DNA from: Marsupella aquatica
Taxonomy: Eukaryota > Plantae > Marchantiophyta
NCBI GenBank assembly: GCA_973895155.1
Contig: OZ316896.1
Coordinates: 20,448,754-20,512,753 of the forward strand
DNA: 64,000 bases
Direction of reading: 5' to 3'
Shown: positions 44,011-56,974 of the stretch, in pieces
Position numbering within the stretch: position 1 is the stretch's first letter
Layout: each line of letters opens with the position of its first letter
Position numbers and translations under genes: made by a program
Notes under the pieces: model-generated
The model's input: the letters and a program-made list of their open reading frames with translations, nothing else
What the model was told of the DNA's origin: nothing
Database searches by the model: none

Positions 44011-46224
44011 AGATTGATAGAACTCGTAGGGTTACAAGTCTCCACTCAAATGACTTGTGATTAAGAGGGTCGAGTTGATTTCCATGCGTTGGTCTAAAGT
44101 GAGAGAACAAGACAATCAAATTAATACTCTATGATCTCTCAAAGCTATTGAATGGACTTTCTTATAATTATTATTTTATTTGTCTTAGTATATTTTAATT
44201 CTAGAAAATGATGCCATTTCATTCCTTCTAGTAGGTTGGATATCATCCTAGTTAACTTTCTCTAGACACTATAGTCATTCCATTGTATTGGTGCTTAGTT
44301 AGATATCTTACTCAAGCTAAATGTTTTGAATATAGATGCTATCCAAGCTTATATGTTATTACTAGATTCTATCTATTTTCCAACCAAATGAACACTTTTA
44401 TCACCCAAATGTTTTTTAATATCATCCAATTTAATATTTTACTTTCCCAAAATTTCATTTTTTTGTCCCCAAATTTACATTTAATGATGCTTGAATTTTC
44501 ATTTTTCATCTTCCAAATTTACAATTTTCATGCCTAAAACTATGTTTTTAAATCGCCAAATTTCCCTATATCCTTTATAATTTCAGTTTTAATGAATATA
44601 GTGATCTTATCATTAAGACCGATGCAAAAATTTGAGGCTTTGCAAGGAGCTACACTCTTACGATTGCAAAAATGTTGGAAGCATATTCAATACTTGATTA
44701 TCGATGAAAAATCAATGGTAGGGTTAAAATCATTGGCAAAAATAGACTCACGCTTGCGCCAAGCATTTCCTAATTCCTCAGATAAATTCTTTGGTGGAAT
44801 TTCCGTTATATTATTTGGGAATTTTGGGCAACTTCCTTCGGTGGGCGATACTCCTCTATTTGGGGACCTATCCAAATTTGGTGGAGATGCACTTGATCAA
44901 GCCTTGCGAGGAAAATTAGCATATCTTTCATTTGAGGTCTCTACAATTTTATCAACTGTAATTATGCGCCAAGGGGGCAATGACCAAGAGCAAATAAAGT
45001 TTAGAGACTTATTACTAAGATTGCATGATTGATGTTGCACTATTTAAAGTGGATTTTAATGGATGCTTGAAATTATCGCAACAAGAACTAGAGAACATGA
45101 AGGATGCTATTCGAATCTATCCGAGAAAAAAAGATGTTATGATCTACAACGAATCAGTTCTAAAAGATAGTGGTTTGCCTATTAGGATTTTGGTTGCTGA
45201 TTATCCAACAGGAGGGAGGGATGCCCTAAAGGTAGTGTAGATGATGTTGGAGGTCTTGTGACAAAAATACTTTTGTCTAAAGGATCCAATGTGATGTTGA
45301 CCCAAAATCTTTGGGTACAAGAAGGTCTTGTCAATGGAACTACAACAATTGTCCATGATCTTGTATGGTTGGATCCTTTAGATGCCGTCAATAATTTACC
45401 AGATCTTGTTTTTTTAGCTATGAAAAATTATAAGGCCCCTACATATTGGCATGCTTCAAATGGAATACCATTGGTACGTATACCTCCATCTATGGCCGCA
45501 TGGGAGAAAGAAACATCATATGGACGCAAGTCATTATCGAGAAAACAATTTCCTTTAGTTCTTGCTGATGCTATAACAATTCACAAGGCGCAAGATGCAA
45601 CTGTTGAAAAAGCAGTTCTTAACTTGAGTGGTTCAGAATTTGTAGTTGGCCTCAATTATGTAGTAGTATTGCGCATAAAAAAATTATGCAATATAGTGTT
45701 TGAAAAATATTTTGCCTATGACCGTGTTCATCCTTCAGATATTGGTCCGTTGATACGTCAACAAAAGGTTGACGATGAGCGAAGAAAAAAACTTAATTCT
45801 TTATGATTTATTCCAGATTAGGTAGTGAATGCTCTAGGGTTAAAGTTAGTGTTTTAGATACATTTAGGGTTCAATACTCTTATTTCCTTCATCAAGTTGA
45901 AAACTATTTTTATTTGAATAATTAGAGAGCACTTATTGTAGCCCTTTACCTTGTATTTGTTATGTTTTTCCAAACAAAAAAAGGATCTATTTATACCTTG
46001 TAGTTATTATGTTTCTTCACAAAAAAAGTGATGAGATTTGGTATGCTTGCTTACTTTTGCTGGACCTGATTCATAGATAATGATTTCATCATACATATTT
46101 AAAACTAAATTTCTAAGAATAATATATCATAGAAACATGAATCCAATTTTTGCTATTAAAGACACTCCCATTGGTGACATAAGCTAAGTATATTTAATAG
46201 TTGCTCTTTATAGTTCAGCCTAAT

Positions 46225-46535
46225 GTATAGGGTAATGCAGGTCTGGGCACAGGGTTACTAGGCTGTAACCCTGCCTCCGGAATATGAAAAGAAACTGACC
46301 GGCGGCAGCCGGGAAGCTTCTTTGAATATTCCGGGAGCAGGTTACAGCCTATAACCCCAGCCCTGCCCTGCATCAGCCTTAGTAACTCCTGCCAGGAAAG
46401 AGGTTACCGGCTCAACTTTTCAGGACACCAGATTATGATTATAACAGGCCCCTCTAGAAATGGTTACACACCGGTAAACTTTTCTCCTGACATGATTTAA
46501 GTGACCCAACCCCCTTTGGTCACGGGCCTGGTAAT
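46225..46535. mobile_element. Possible ~300-bp non-autonomous element related to the ends of the recombinase-bearing element
   Basis: Internal inverted repeat GGTTACTAGGCTGTAACC / GGTTACAGCCTATAACC. Shares TAGG.TAATG, TTAC.AGG.TGTAAC and GACCGGCGG.AGC.GGGA with 24460-24552. Confidence 0.4.
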
Positions 46536-47402
46536 AATGTAATGTTTTGAGAAGCTCTTATAGGCAGGCAAGCGCCAGTGGTGACTCAGCGAGGATTCAC
46601 TCTGCTGGCAGCGAATCACCGCCAAAACGTGTCAGTCACGGTATCTTGTCAGGGATAAGGGACCTGGGTGGCAACTTTGCAAATTTGTAAGAAAAGTCAC
46701 GGTATTTAGTCAGGGACAGCGGAACTTTGGTGGCAATTTCCTAAGATTGCAAGAAAAGTCGCGGTATCTAGTTCCAGTGTTCCACCGTATATCGATATGT
46801 TCGAGAGCTCCATAAGTTAGTATATAGAGGTCCGTCGTTCTCCGTCGTTCGGTCGGTTCATCGCTTTGCAGATCGTTGAGTTCACAGGAGACTATCTTTT
46901 GTCCTCTGCCTTGAACTGGATTGAACACGTTTGTCGAGATATAATCCTGCAATCGGTCCGTGGTTCTCTGTCGCTCAGTCTGTTCGTCGCTTTGGAGATC
47001 GGATGAGTTCACAGGAGACTATGCTTTGTCCTCTGACTTACACTGGATCGAATACGTTTGTCGTGTCGTTTTTCCATCGAGTTGAAATCTGGCTGGGATT
47101 GGATAGTTTTGTCATCGATCGACTGTGACAAACAGTTAGCGATGTCAAACGGGGAAGTCCCTTGATCGCGGAGCTGGGTTAGAGCTTCAGACGGAAGCCT
47201 GTCTTAGTTTGGGTCTAAGTCAATTTTCACGCAGCACTTAGGCATTGCTCTGGCACAAGTTGTGCCACCATAAGTCGTTTTTCCTTATTTTCTTATCATC
47301 AATTGCATTCGTGGAGGGTTCGGGGCTGTTCGATTTGATCCAGCCTCCTGAATCTCTGCAGATCCGATTTGGAGCCGTCAGAATAACGAAGGTAGTAACA
47401 TC

Positions 47403-50400
47403 ATGGAGGATTTGGTAGCGCAGATAAGAAACGGTGTAGGATTTCAAATTGCAAACAAAGAGGTAAATGAGCAAAATGACGAAGTGTGCAAATTGTTCCT
47501 CGAGCACGTAATGTTCAACCAGGTGGTGCGTTCCATGTCTCTGGATTACAGCTCATATTTCGGGTCTGTTGAGAGCTGTCAGTTACTAGGGGAACTTGTG
47601 AGGAGAAGCACAACCCTCGAGGATCTTTCGATGCATGGAGTTGGCATGGATGGCGATGGCCTGTCGTATATCATCAGGGGGTTACTTGAGAATCCCCATT
47701 CAGTACTTTCCAGGCTAGAGATTGGTTCAAACATCAAACTCGGAAAGAGAGGGGCTGAGCTGGTGGAGGAGCTTCTATTGCGCGACATCCCAAGGTTCAA
47801 GGTTCTCGGCATTTGGGGTCCAGGATGGACTGCAGAAGAGACGGCTCCCGTGGCCAGGGCTTTGTCAAAGAACACGACACTGCGTCACTTGGCATGTGGA
47901 GTCGGATATGGCATCTCTCACCCCCATCAAGAGGGGCCGCTGACTTATATTTTGAAGGCCCTCACACCGGTTGATCTGTTGACCTCCGAGCAACGTTTAT
48001 ACCAAGATGACGAATACAATACAACTCTCGAAGTACTCAGCATGAACTACGAGTATGAGAAGGGAATAGCAGAAAATCTCGTGCAAATGCTCACTCACAA
48101 CAAGTCCTTGAAGTCTCTTGGAATGCGATTCTTCCAGTTCGATCGTGCGCAATGGAGCAAGGTTTGGGAGGCACTTAAAGACAATCATATGGTGGAAAAA
48201 ATGGATCTGTACCGCTGCGGACCAGGGCTTAACGATGCCTTCTTGGAACTTATGGACCTTCTCCAAGCGAACAGGACAATCAACTCCATTCACATGGCGG
48301 AAACAGCGCTGGATGACAGTGGGCAGTCTGCTCTAGTAAAACAGCAACTTGAACGGAACGCGAGGCTGGCGGATTACTTTGGCACCTTACAGAACAAATT
48401 ACAATTTGTCCCACCCAAGATTGGACGCCTTATCCTTTGCGGATATCCACGAGCAGGTACGTAACGCCCAGCGTCTGCAACGTATTTTTGTTTTTACATT
48501 TTCGTTCAATCGGATATGAAGAGAATGGCAGTGAGACTAGGATATTATTGTTATTAAGGACGTATTTTCCCTCCTATCCTATAGTTTAATGTATACCGCC
48601 CAAACTTGAGAAATTGCGAAAGTCCTTGATTTATGTTTCTCTCTCACGCCTCATTGATCTATAATGAAATGTACTGTAGGCAGTTAAGATTGTCAGTTTT
48701 CAACTCTCCACTTAAAAAGAAAAAATTCTTTGATTCTCTTTCTTTGGTGGGTTTCTCTAAAGAGGTCTTCCATGTTTTTCCAAAGTGTCATGGTGGTTCC
48801 TGGAGCTGCAGGTCGCCGCAGGACGGTACCTGAACCGGATACAGTTCAGTTTCGGTAGTCCAGAGTTTTGATACTCTGAAAGTCAAGTCCTAATGAAGCA
48901 CCTTTGAATGAGATCATTCATGACAGCTGGGTGCCAGCATTTGTTGTTGTTTTTGTTGTTGCTCTCGCTACATAGGCAAATGGTCGAACGGTCTGCGCGA
49001 ATTGAAATGGTCAAATGGTCTGCGCGAAGTTATTACATGGAAGTTTTGTCACTCAATTTGGGAGATCTTGGGGTTATGTCTATAGCTAGAATACGCCAAA
49101 ACGTCAATTGCACCCCGCAAAATGATCGAATCCATGTACCCGGCCAGCATGAGAGGATGATTAATAACGGCGCTTTCATGCATTGTGCAGGTAAGACCAC
49201 TCTTCGAAGGTCCATGGTTGGCACTCAGGGGAATGCTATCACCCGATCACTATTTGAAGCAACAGCGTACATGGCCAATCAAAGCTGTTTTTGCCCGTCG
49301 TATTTCGACAGAAGAACTCAAGGGATCGAGATACGGCTCTTGAGAGATTCCACAGACAAACATATTGCTGTTTGGGATATGGCCGGACAGGATGAGTACC
49401 ATGCTTTGCACGACAGCCATTACTTATTTCCCGACATTAATCAGGCCTGTGTGTTCCTATTTCTGTACAAACCTGTCTTCCATGAGAACGATAGTTGGGA
49501 TGACGTGGAATCAGCCCAATGTTTGGAAAAGGAGCTGTGTTATTGGCTCGGGTTCATAACCTCAAATTGCAGGAAAACTGGACGGATACTACCACAAGTT
49601 TCAGTCGTGTTGACCCATTTGGACAAACTCTCCAGAGCATTTGGGAAAATGGAGTCAATCCGGAAGGAAAGGTATATCGAGTGGGCGAGAACGACGGGGA
49701 AGGTGGATGAATTGAGTAGAGTCTTCGAAGGTCGTGTGGAACTTAACGCTAGTAAGGTTCACGCTATCAATTCCTTGTCAGTCCGACATGCTCGTCAAGT
49801 TGTCGATGATGTTTTCGAACGTTTCGATTCTTTATTCTCATCAAAACTGCCAAAAGTACCTGCTGCTTGTGAGAAGATGAATCTTTTCTTGGCAAAGTGG
49901 ACGGCTGAGAGAAATCACACCTTTTATCCGATCATTACGCAAGAAAAGTTTTTCGATCTTTGCAAGAAGGTGAAGGAACTAGATGATCTATTTCAAGAAG
50001 TCCCGGCAGAACTTGCCAGTGAAGAACTGGAAATCAAAATAGCTTATCGCAAAAAGAACGAGCTAGCTGTAGCATCTTATTTGCATGATGTGGGTTCCAT
50101 CATTCACTTCCCGAATTCGTCCTTTGTTGTAGTGGACCCGAATTGGCTTGGTAGAGTTTTCTTGGGACAGTTGTTTAGGCCAGGAGATGAAACGTATGAG
50201 CCTTTCATTGATAACACCACAAACGGGTGCGTATCTCACCTAAGACTTCGAGTAGTCTTGGAAGATTTCATTAATAGAAGGAGCTATCGTGGATTCACGG
50301 CCGAAGACTTGATACGACTCATGAAGGAGCTGGAACTCTGCTACGAAGAAGAGTTGGGAACTGATCCTCCAACCGGGCCTCCAACCTCATATTTCGTTCC

Positions 50401-53400
50401 AAGCACTCTCGACGACCCCAAAGGCCTGGCTCGCCAAGGAAGACGGAGGCTAAAATGGACGCCGGTGGACGAAAGGCCAAGCAGCGGGAAGTCAAATTAT
50501 CCAACCTACAGTGGTCGTCGACTGCAGTGCACGGATCAATTTCGAACGTTCCTAACCCCTGGATTTTTCCAAAGATTTCAGGTAGCTATATTTCATGTCT
50601 TCTGTCCTGCTTATTGCTGCAACCTTTGATCCTGGAACTCGACGACATATTATCCAATCACCCATTGAGTGAATTGCTTGGATTACTGTTGCTTCCTGTG
50701 AGCTGAAGACTGTTTGCCAGCTAGATGCATGTACATAGACCATTCCTTCAAATCACATGATGCGTTTGTTCATCAACGCACTAAGAGCCCGACTAAGAGT
50801 TTTAAGTTTGCTTAACGAGGCTTGTGTTGAACCGAACCTTCAGGTCTATCTACAGACGTTTTTGCGCGGCCAAACGTTGCAGTTGATATACAAGATTGAG
50901 AAAAATCTGATTATAGTGCAGCACGATGGACTTGAGATACTCATGGAGAAGAGTGGAGAGGACGGTCTTCTCGACGGAGATTATGTGGATATTCTAGTGA
51001 AGTCCTACAGCCAGGCACGAGGTGACCAGCGTCCACACTTACTAGTCACCGATCTTGTGGAGCAGCTACGACTCTTCTGCGCGTCTCGAGAGGGCTGCCC
51101 AGGTGTGGCGCTACAAGAGGCAATCCTGAGGCCGCAGTGCGTCGAGAGGCTGTCCTTGTGCTGTCACAGGAAGAACCAGGCAGTCCTGAAGGAGGACTTG
51201 ACGAAAGCCGTGATGAAAAAACTCTTTGAGTCGGTTGAATTGGAAGTTTGGCACGACGGCTCGTACGCCAATTCCGTGCAAGACATGTCAGGGATTTACT
51301 CGCACTTCTTTCCCGCTGTGCCAGAGGCCGAGTATCTTGATAGAGGAGAGTGGGTCGAGGCGATGGAAATGCTAACTCTCCTAGACGTAAAAGAAGCTAT
51401 TTTCAAGTACAGAGTCACGATTAGTGAACAACGATATGGCCTTTTTCAAGCCGTTGATGAAGTCCAGAACGTTACTGGCGCTGAAGTGCCGTCTACGTCC
51501 AGAACGACATCGCAGCCTGTGCAATCAGCTGGTGAATCGGAAGAACCAGAGGGGCCACCTGACGGGCCGGACGCGTGGCGTTGGTACCTGAATGTAAGCA
51601 CTACTCATGTACCGAGTCACTTACTCACTTTGAGTGCCCAGACTGTGTGTAGATGCCAATATTTGTAGTACTTACCTGTCTTGAACAAGTTAAACTTAAT
51701 TTCAGCATCTAAAGAGTTTCTCGCCTGTGTCCACTTTATCGCGTGATTGCTTTACTTTTTTCCAGCCTCAGGATGATATCTACAGTCTAAATTCTTCGTG
51801 GGTATTAATTTGTGCGACTGCTATGCCCTCTACAGGAAATGGATAGGAGAATTAGAGAACCCCTTTCAAGGCAGTTGAGAGATGTGCAGGACGTCGTCAT
51901 TTCGAAGATTGAGGAACAGACGAAACTTTTGCTCCAACATATTGCGGCGAGCTTGGATGATATGCAGATGCTCCACCAAAAGATGCAAAGCACTCTGGTG
52001 GAGAAAATGGACGAACTCATGGGGTCCGTTGCAGAGTTGCAGGATATGCCCGGGTTGCCTTACTTTGTAGACAACTCCGTGAGCTTGACGCAACGGTTGG
52101 TGGCTTTCCTGCAAATCGGAGAACCTATCAAGCTGCATTTCATGTGCGAAAGTCCAAACCAACCTCACTATGTCAAGGATCAGCAGGGTCTGTCCTTGGT
52201 CAACTTGTTACCGGGGTACTTAAGCTCTTGCACTTACTTTCCTTCGAGTTTTATTCCATAACAAAAGGAATTTGCCGGGCAAAGAGACAGCTAGTGCTGC
52301 TCAGAAATCTCGAAAAGTTACGTCCTGAATTGTGTTAGCAGTAAATTTCAAAGTAAAACATATAATTTGCGTTCCAGGGCCAAATCCGATTATACGTCTC
52401 AATTGGTTAAAGTTTTATATCAAAGAATTCCTTGACAGTTGGGTGCAGAGTCATAGGGTAAGAATTTTTGTTCTGAAGTTTAATTTATGTTGCCAGTACG
52501 TGTCTAAACTAAGATGACTATCTTCTGTACTGAAAGTGAGTTCTTCAAGCTAGTGCAATAGAAGCCAACCGCAATTTTAGCAGCAGTGACCCCTCCGAAT
52601 TATAGAGTACCCGTCTAACAGTGGAGTCGAGCTTAATCTCGCATCGAAATTTCTGAATCTGTGCTTGAACTCCCTGTCAGGGACATATACAAAAAGCTGA
52701 GGCCCCTTGTATTGGGCTCTCTCAAGATCTTGTTCATTCTAGCGAAGGTTGGGCTTCATGTTGCTGCTGGTATCGGCAGTGCAATCCCCCACTTTTCATC
52801 GTGGGCTGGAGCTGCGCCATTGGTTGCTACGACTTTGACCGGAGCTAATATCATGGACAACATCAAGGGGTCCATGTTAGATTGCGACCAAGTTGACAGT
52901 AGTCTGGCGGAGGCATGGGGAATCATACAGGTCAAGAGACTCTACTTTCCCCCTCTCTAATTCAAATCCTTCTTGCACTCAGTTTTAGATTTGTTCGAGC
53001 TTCTACACCAGTGCACCTTTTCGCCCTCTGAACCGCCAAGCAAACCAAATGGAGAGAAAACTTTGCTGTTGCGTTTCCCACCAGTACCTCTTGTGTCGTT
53101 CAAGATCGACAGACACGCCAGATCCAAGCTGCCGACCGTCAGTATTAGCAAGAATAGCGGTCGCCAACCCGCCATGGTCCACGATCGAGACCAATTAGAA
53201 AGAATGAATGCACAATTTATGGAATGGAGGTCAGCTTGGAGGGACTTGGCGGGGTTGTCGACTTTCAATCATAGCGGCATGAAATTCAATTCTTGGAATT
53301 GAACAGTTTTCTCTGCATGAGCTGGGGAGGCTTGGCCACCAAACCCGTTGGGATGCTCTCAATGTTTCAGACAGGCTAGGCATGATCATAGGCTCTCTAA

Positions 53401-53687
53401 CTTCAAATCTACCAGACTGAAGCAGGAAACTAACACCATCTGTTAGATTGAGCTGGTTTGATCGTTAAGTGGGGTGATTCGTTCCTAACTCGGATTTGAT
53501 ATTTGTTCAGGACCTGATGGCACCCTTAAAGGCGAACGGACAAATCTCACAGAAATTCCAGCTTTATCAAGTGCAGTACAAATCTAAGATGCTCTCCAGA
53601 TATCTGTCAGGGACAAAACGGACGTGCTTCTGGGTTTGCCAACAATGTCGAACTGAAGCAAACCTGGCTAATTTGTTACGGCAGTGA
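47403..53687 (+). CDS. TRN1: TORNADO1-like LRR(RNI)-Roc-COR protein, copy 1, 1333 aa, 6 exons
   Basis: Exons 47403-48456, 49191-50581, 50844-51593, 51836-52215, 52681-52930 and 53511-53687. All introns are GT-AG and the total is 4002 nt with no stop. RNI-like LRRs, P-loop GYPRAG|KT, RTQGIE, WDMAGQDEY, LTHLD, COR (VVVDPNWL, YFVPSTL), LHFMCE and terminal WVCQQC. Confidence 0.88.
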
Positions 53688-54038
53688 AGCATATCAACGT
53701 AAAATTGAGAGATACTAAGGTAGCCCGATCCTTGAATGTAAATAGATATACTTAAATAGATATGAAGAAAACAAAATTTATATGAATGTTATTTTGCTTA
53801 GTCATCCTTGTTTTTTGTCCATTCTCATTTCAATTTTGTCTTTATCTTAATATCATTTTTGTCCATCCTCATTTCAATTTTGTCTTTATCATGTCATTTT
53901 TGTCCATCCTCATTCAAAATTTAGATTTTAACTAACCTCATTATCAAGTTTTGTCTCTATATTGGGAATTACAATCTAGAGTCTTCAGTCTAGACCTAGG
54001 CCCTTAAAAATAAAGCCCTTAAAAGTAAACTTCAGGTA

Positions 54039-54180
54039 AGATACTTGATGGACCAGTAAATTGAAATGTCTAGACCCCATGAGACCCATGAGCTTTTGGG
54101 TATTTCAGATCTATCAAGGGTCTGGATCACTCATGGGTCCATCACTAAATACTTTGCATTTTGGGGTCCATCAAGTATCT
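54039..54180. mobile_element. Small MITE-like element with 16-bp inverted ends
   Basis: AGATACTTGATGGACC (54039-54054) and GGTCCATCAAGTATCT (54165-54180). No clear TSD. Confidence 0.5.
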
Positions 54181-54899
54181 CTCTCACGAAAAATTGGATT
54201 CTTCATGCACTAATCATACCTTTGACTTCTTGGAGTAGGTGACTTGATATTTGATTAAAATTTATGTGGTGACCTTTGCACCCTTTCTCAGGGATTTCTT
54301 GTGTAAGTAAAAATGTCTTCCCAGGGAAGAATGTCATTGATTTATGTAGTTTATGTTAAAGATTGCTCTTAGTCTTGTGACTTAAAGTTTATGGCACTTA
54401 GGTTAACCACAGTTAGGGTTTTAGCTGAGGTTAGGTTAATCGTGTGTGACCTTGTATATACCAGGGCTAGTGTAAGCCGCTGGTGTGTGGTACATACTCA
54501 TTGTAACGGAGCAACTTGAGGAAGAGGGAGAGCATGAGTGTTCGTCTACTCTTGAAGTAAAGCTTGTCAAGATGTAAAAATGAGGAAAAGACTCGGGGGG
54601 CTCACTCTAAACGGGGTTTCATGACACGTTCATTGTTTCTAGTTATTAAACACCCTTAAAAATAAGAAGGAAAAAAGTTTTTTTGAACTATTTTTTCTAC
54701 CCCAATATTTTTGGAATATTTTAAAAATATTCTCAAAATTCATTTCTAAAACCCTATTTTTCTTATAATTCTCAAAATTGGATGTGAAAAACCCTAATGT
54801 TCTTCTACAAAGATTTAGAAGTACTCTTCTCTATCAACCCAATAAACAACCCTATACTTACTTTCGTGTGATGGGTAGAAAGGAAATAAGTGAGGACCC

Positions 54900-55235
54900 C
54901 AGGGAAAAAGATGTTGAGGAGAGAAAAGAGGTCGTGGATGAGGGAAAGATGTTGTGGTGAGATAAAGATGTCAAGGTGAGGAAAATATAAGATGTCAATG
55001 TGAGAAAAAATGTTGAGGTGAGGAAAAGATGTTGAATCAGGTGAGAAATATATTGAGGAGAGAAACAAAAATCAAAGACCTCAACGATGTCGAGTCAGGT
55101 GAGAAAATATATCGAGGAGAGAAACAAAAATCAAGAACCTAAAAGATGTGGAGGGTGAGAAAAAAATTGTCGTGGTGAGTTAAAGATGTCAATGTGAGGA
55201 AAAATGACGAGATGAGAAAAAATGTCAAGGCAAAG
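54900..55235. repeat. Fragment of the GA-rich Helitron minisatellite
   Basis: Same GATGTCAAGGTGAGAAAAA-type units as 6990-7550 and 8670-9860. Confidence 0.75.
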
Positions 55236-55989
55236 TAGAGTAATTGCAGGAGTCGTTGTGGTGATGTTCAACAACTTGTGCATTGCACATAGAAATTGGA
55301 GACACGAGGCAACGGTCACCGGAGTATATAGTCCAAGCACAACCGAATGATAGAAAAATATATACTTTATTTTATTTTAAAGTTTTAGAGAAATTAATAT
55401 TATAAATATTTTATTTATACTCAAGTTTTTTCAAAACTTTAAAGCTAAAATTGAATTCTTTAAATCTAGATTTTAATGATTAGTTTTTAGATATTCAATT
55501 AATTTGTTTATCTTGGTCAGGTTTGGGTAGGCTACCGGTAGCTTGGACAGAGGTAACTGAAAATAATAGGGGTATAGATGGATCCAGCGGTTGCAAAAAA
55601 ACAAATCTTTAATTAAGGGCTAGTATTTGTTCCATTTTTCTTTGAGTTTGTAAATGTGCCATTTCTAGAGGATAATGTAGTGACTTTTCCTCTCCTTGTA
55701 CCAAATAAGGTATTGTGCTTGACTTTATTGAATTAATTTTTCCTCATGATTACACTATGTAGTCAATATTGTTGTTCCTTGATACTCGCCAATGCTGTCC
55801 ATTTGTTGTCTTTTGTCTCCACCATTTGATTCTTTTTGTGTGAAAAATTTTCCTGACTGTCCTTTTGGTCCACGCTAGATTTAATTTGTCTGTGGTTTTA
55901 TCCCTTCTGTTTATTGATTACTTTTTTTCTTGGCACTGCATTTTTGAATGACAAGCATAAAAGGGGCAACATGTTATTATAGTTTCTAG

Positions 55990-56345
55990 TTATTGTGTTT
56001 GGTGAGCCTTGTGCGTTTGCAGGATTTGATGCCAAGATGGACCTCCATGTTTACCAAAACTTAAGACTCAGATAGATATTTGGCTGAAGTAGACATGGCT
56101 GTGTGGTAGCTCACTTGAGTAGGGATTAATAGGTCTTGGGTTCAAAGGTTGTTGCCTCCCTTTCTGTGGAGTTTCACTGATTTCCCTTTCAAAAAACATT
56201 TTAAGAAAAAAAATTGCAACCCAAATGGACCACAATTTTCTCAGATAGTACAGATTTCACAGATAAGTGAAATGTGGCAAGAAAATGATAGTCATGTTTG
56301 AAAATGTGTAGGTCTTTCAACTCTCAGAGGAATTAGACAATATTG
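55990..56345 (+). repeat. Paralogous segment of 10602-10940
   Basis: Colinear GGTGAGC.TTGT..TTTGCAGGATTT.ATGCCAAGATGGACCTCC...GATAAGTGAAATGTGGCAAGAAAATGATAGTCATGTTTGAAAAT. Confidence 0.85.
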
Positions 56346-56974
56346 AATTGATTGGAAAGATCTTTCTAAGCCATTTCTAACAACCCAAGATTCCATTGGA
56401 TATTGTAGGAGATCATTAACGTCAAAGTTCGCAGCCAGACAACTTTCGGAAGCATAAAGTGTGGATAGTGATGAAATTATCTTTGTTCATGAAAACTAGA
56501 GATACTAGACTGGGTTAGACTGGTTGGAAAGATCTTTCTAAGATGCTTCTGACAAGCCCAAGAGAGTCAATTATGCTTGATATATAGAAAAAGGGAAATA
56601 TTGAAGGCCAAAATTTACTCATGAAAACTTTTTGGAGTGAGAAGGGCGTCAATATTAAATGAATCTGTATTCTGACTGTAGTATCAAATACATGGTTCAT
56701 GCTTATGTGCTGCTATTGATTGAACGAAACAATACAACCTTTAACTACATTCCCACTAATGATGTCTAAATTTATAGTATTTGTCAATGTTTTTATAAAT
56801 ATGCCTTGGTTTTGGTATATGTTTATACGGGTTACGTTTCAAACTTAAATATATATAAGAAACCATGGCATATTCATACATACCAAAAACTGGGACAGTA
56901 ATGTCAATTAGAACATCTTTTGTGATAATAGTAATGTAAATAAAAGATGTCAAAAATATGTTTTGAGAAACCAG

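Larger units (their letters stand above)
31746..44605 (+). mobile_element. Complete 12,860-bp Sola-like TIR DNA transposon with cargo genes
   Basis: 22-bp TIR ATCACTATATTCATTAA(C/A)ACTG at 31746-31767 and 44584-44605 (1 mismatch). 4-bp TSD CTTA at 31742-31745 and 44606-44609. The interrupted PIF1 reading frame confirms the boundaries. Confidence 0.93.
31580..45806 (+). pseudogene. PIF1: PIF1-family (Helitron-type) helicase, 5'-truncated, frameshifted and split by the Sola-like element
   Basis: 31580-31745: GVGGTGKS, APTG, GQTYHSAL. 44610-45806: IIDEKSMVG, GNFGQLPSV, MRQ, GLVNG, RKQFPL, TIHKAQ. Removing the insertion and one TSD restores YHSAL-SLRP in frame. Confidence 0.85.

Noticed and set aside
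48908-49190. Signal-peptide-like N-terminus on the Roc-COR ORF (also 59566-59743)
   Set aside because: It is an intronic extension of the ORF. Splicing 48456>49191 rebuilds the P-loop GYPRAGKT.
52957-53302. Overlapping ~100-aa ORFs in the last TRN1 intron
   Set aside because: The frames are not preserved in the paralogous intron of copy 2.
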